Below, piece after piece: positions 61,446 to 64,000 of a DNA stretch of 64,000 bases. Position numbers and translations under genes: made by a program. Positions within the stretch are counted from its first letter, which is position 1; each line of letters starts with the position of its first letter. The notes beneath the pieces are model-generated. The model was not told where the DNA came from. It made no database searches and saw nothing but the letters and a program-made list of their open reading frames with translations. The DNA is from an uncultured Chloroflexia bacterium (GTDB taxonomy: Bacteria; Chloroflexota; Limnocylindria; QHBO01): the NCBI GenBank assembly GCA_963773695.1, contig CAVZCE010000007.1, positions 71,325 to 135,324 of the forward strand, written 5' to 3'.

Positions 61446-62604
61446 CGAGCAAGGATCCTGACTGCGTGGTCTCGCGGCTGATCGAGAGCAGGATCCCGAC
61501 CGCCACGAGGTTGATGGTGAGCGCGGAGCCGCCGTAGCTGATGAACGGCAGCGGAATGCCGGTGACCGGCGCGAGCGCGGTCACCACGGCCATGTTGACG
61601 AAGGCCTGCACGACAAGCCACGTCGTAAGGCCGCACGCGAGCAGCCCCGAGAAGGTGTCCGGGGCATGGATCGCGATCTTGTAGCCCTGGTACGCGATGA
61701 CCAGGAAGAGGGCGACGACGACCAGCGTGCCGATCAGGCCCCACTCCTCGCCGATGATGGCGAAGATGAAGTCCGTGGACGGCGCGGGCAGGTAGAGGAA
61801 CTTCGCGCGGCTGGCCCCGAGCCCGAGCCCGGTCACCCCGCCCAGCGCGAGCGCCATGAGCGACTGGACGGCGTTGTACCCGGTCTGCAGCGGGTCGCGG
61901 AAGGGATCGAGGAAGCTCTCGACTCGCTGCAGCTGGTACGGCGTGCTCATGACCATCACGGCCGCGCTCGCAACCACCGCCGAGCCGATGGCGCCCAGGT
62001 AGAGGAGGTTCGCGCCGGCCATGAAGAAGACCGCCAGCGCCGCGACGACGAAGACCCCGGCGGTCCCCAGATCCGGCTCCATGGCGATGAGCACGAAGGC
62101 GGGGGCCACGAGCAGCGTGAAGGGCACGAGCCCATTCCAGAAGGTGCCCGCCAGCTTCCCGCGGCGGTCCAGCCAGTGCGCGAGATAGAGCACGATGGCG
62201 AGCTTGGCGAGCTCTGCCGGCTGGAATCCTCCGATGCCGGGCAGGACGATCCAGCGCCGGGAGCCGGCCACGCTGGTTCCGAACCCGGGGATGAGCACCG
62301 CCACGAGCAGCGCCAGCGTGAGGAGGTAGACCGGGATCGCCAGGTGGCGCAGCCAGCGGAAGTCGATCCGGCTGGCGAGCACCATGGCACCGATGCCGAG
62401 GATCGCCCAGACCAGCTGCTGGATCCCGTAGAGGGACGGATCGTCCGAGGTGAAGTAGGCGCGCACCGACGAGGCCGAGTAGACCATCACCACCCCGCCG
62501 GCGACGAGACCGATGACCGCGACGAGGAGCGGGTAGGCCGGCTGATGGCGTTCGCGCTGCACCCCGGTCCGTTCCTTCCGGCGACGACCGGCGGCGGTTG
62601 CCAT
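61351..62604 (-). CDS. ftsW: SEDS-family peptidoglycan glycosyltransferase FtsW (cell-division lipid II flippase/polymerase)
   Basis: 417 aa from ATG at 62602-62604; 10-TM FtsW/RodA/SpoVE pattern; the frame stays open for about 95 nt into murG, so the true 3' end or overlap is uncertain. Confidence 0.8.
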   Translation of the reverse strand: MATAAGRRRKERTGVQRERHQPAYPLLVAVIGLVAGGVVMVYSASSVRAYFTSDDPSLYGIQQLVWAILGIGAMVLASRIDFRWLRHLAIPVYLLTLALLVAVLIPGFGTSVAGSRRWIVLPGIGGFQPAELAKLAIVLYLAHWLDRRGKLAGTFWNGLVPFTLLVAPAFVLIAMEPDLGTAGVFVVAALAVFFMAGANLLYLGAIGSAVVASAAVMVMSTPYQLQRVESFLDPFRDPLQTGYNAVQSLMALALGGVTGLGLGASRAKFLYLPAPSTDFIFAIIGEEWGLIGTLVVVALFLVIAYQGYKIAIHAPDTFSGLLACGLTTWLVVQAFVNMAVVTALAPVTGIPLPFISYGGSALTINLVAVGILLSISRETTQSGSLLDAVFGVGRRDRRAHLPRAGRRQGSARRAARP

Positions 62605-62615
62605 TGCGCCGGCCG

Positions 62616-64000
62616 TCAAGCCGCACCGCCTGCCGGCGGCTCGCGGCGGACCCCGGCGGCTGTCGCAGCCGCCCGGAAGGCATCGCCGCGGGCGGCGTAG
62701 TCGGTGAACATGTCGAAGCTCGCCGCCGCAGGCGAGAGGAGCACGACGTCGCCCGGCCGGGCTAGCCCGGCGGCCGTCGCCACGGCGGCCTCCATGGAGG
62801 CTGCGCGGTGGACCGGCACCCGTGCGGCCACGAGGCGGTCCAGCTCGTCGGCGGTCTCCCCGATGAGGACCACCGCCCGGCACCGCTCCGCCATCGCCTC
62901 GGCGAAGGCGGCGTAGTCGAGGCCCTTGTCCTTGCCGCCGGCGATGAGGACCACCGGGGCGGGCGCAAAGGCGTCGAGGCCCGCGATCGCCGCGGGCGGA
63001 ATGGTGGCCTGCGAGTCGTTCACCCAGCGCACGCCGTCGCGAATCCCCAGGATCTCGAGCCGGTGCGGGACGCCGCCGAACCCGCGGACCCCCGTGGCGA
63101 TCGCCTCCGGCGAGGCACCCGCCAGGCTGGCGCCCAGCGCCGCGGCCAGGACGTCGGCGCGGAGGTGGTCACCGGGAAGCGGCACCGCCTCGATCGGCAG
63201 CACCGCCTCGCCGGCGAGCTCGATCTGTCCGTCCCGCACGGCCGCCTCGAGCCCGGCGACACCCTCGGCCGGCGACGCGCCATACCAGTGGACGCAGCCG
63301 GCCGGGAGCCGGGCGGCCAGATCGCGCGAGCCGGGGTCGCCCGCGTTCAGGACGACCGCGCCGCGGTGCTCCGCGGTCAGCTCGGCGAGGCGCGCCTTCA
63401 CCGCGCGGTAGGCTGCCACGGTTCCGTGCCGGTCCAGGTGGTCCGCGAGGATGTTCGTGTAGACCGCGACGTCGGCCCCGCGGGAGATGGTCGGCAGCTG
63501 CAGCTCGGACAGCTCGAGCACCGCCCAGGTTCCCGTGTCGAGGAGGTCGGCCCGTTCGATGAGCGGGGTCCCGATGTTCCCCCCGACGACGTGCGGCAGG
63601 CCCGCGGCCTCCAGGATGGCGCCCAGCAGCGCGGTCGTCGTCGTCTTGCCCTTGGTCCCGGTGACTCCCAGGATGCGGGCGCGGGTGAGGCGCAGGAAGA
63701 GCTCCACCTCGCTGACGAGCTCCGATCCGCTCGCCTCCGCGCGGACCAGCGCGTCGCGCAGCCAGGGGTCGGTGGTCGGGAAGCGCGGAGAGATGGACGG
63801 GCTGGCGACGAGGAGCTCGGCATCGGCGACCAGGTGCGACGCCTCGATCGGCGTGACCCCCAGGGCGCGGCGGACGGGGCGCGCACCGAGCGATCGGACC
63901 GCCTCGCCGAGCTCGTCCGCGTCGCGGCGGTCGTACGCGGTGACGATCGCACCGGCATCGGCCAGGTAGCGCGCGGCGGCCACGCCGGATCGGGCGAGGC
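62616..64000 (-). CDS. murD: UDP-N-acetylmuramoylalanine--D-glutamate ligase, 5' end beyond the window
   Basis: Mur ligase motifs GVTGTKGKTTTTAL, DSQATIP; the N-terminal Rossmann start is not reached by position 64000. Confidence 0.85.
   Translation of the reverse strand, partial: LARSGVAAARYLADAGAIVTAYDRRDADELGEAVRSLGARPVRRALGVTPIEASHLVADAELLVASPSISPRFPTTDPWLRDALVRAEASGSELVSEVELFLRLTRARILGVTGTKGKTTTTALLGAILEAAGLPHVVGGNIGTPLIERADLLDTGTWAVLELSELQLPTISRGADVAVYTNILADHLDRHGTVAAYRAVKARLAELTAEHRGAVVLNAGDPGSRDLAARLPAGCVHWYGASPAEGVAGLEAAVRDGQIELAGEAVLPIEAVPLPGDHLRADVLAAALGASLAGASPEAIATGVRGFGGVPHRLEILGIRDGVRWVNDSQATIPPAAIAGLDAFAPAPVVLIAGGKDKGLDYAAFAEAMAERCRAVVLIGETADELDRLVAARVPVHRAASMEAAVATAAGLARPGDVVLLSPAAASFDMFTDYAARGDAFRAAATAAGVRREPPAGGAA

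Overview
This is a high-GC (about 70%) bacterial chromosomal window, mostly housekeeping genes on the minus strand. The gene content and order look like a high-GC Gram-positive lineage, but the dcw cluster is Firmicute-like, with murB, ddl and sbp; this placement is inference only.

Confidently recognised genes are:
- gatC-gatA
- a pcrA, two DinB-like paralogs, ligA operon
- a pspA module with a TPM-domain membrane protein and a divergent WYL regulator
- groES-groEL with a CIRCE operator
- tatD and metG
- a ferredoxin-NADP reductase followed by an NfnAB/SudAB-like pair
- a split glutamine-dependent NAD synthetase (nitrilase-family gene plus nadE) and an ssb paralog
- a five-gene Opp/Dpp-type ABC operon preceded by an ECF sigma factor and ZAS anti-sigma pair
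- nudix-gcvT-gcvH-gcvPA-gcvPB
- a GT4 glycosyltransferase, menG/ubiE, an MFS transporter and tRNA-Val(CAC)
- the distal dcw cluster: murD (partial), ftsW, murG, murB, ddl, ftsQ, sbp, ftsA, then ftsZ, ylmE, ylmG and a DUF167 gene

The most unusual feature is a roughly 5.4 kb signal-transduction module sitting between ftsA and ftsZ. It comprises a giant CheB-CheR-PAS-coiled-coil histidine-kinase hybrid with an apparent frameshift, a stand-alone CheB methylesterase domain, a receiver-only regulator and a small hypothetical protein. No methyl-accepting chemotaxis protein is present.

Other items worth a second look are a secreted Cys/aromatic-rich protein followed by a 47-aa membrane peptide, an unannotated small 2x[4Fe-4S] ferredoxin, and a 316-bp non-coding leader upstream of the gcv operon. 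No CRISPR arrays, transposases or integrases were seen. Many long ORFs in the six-frame track are antisense artefacts of the high GC content and were rejected.
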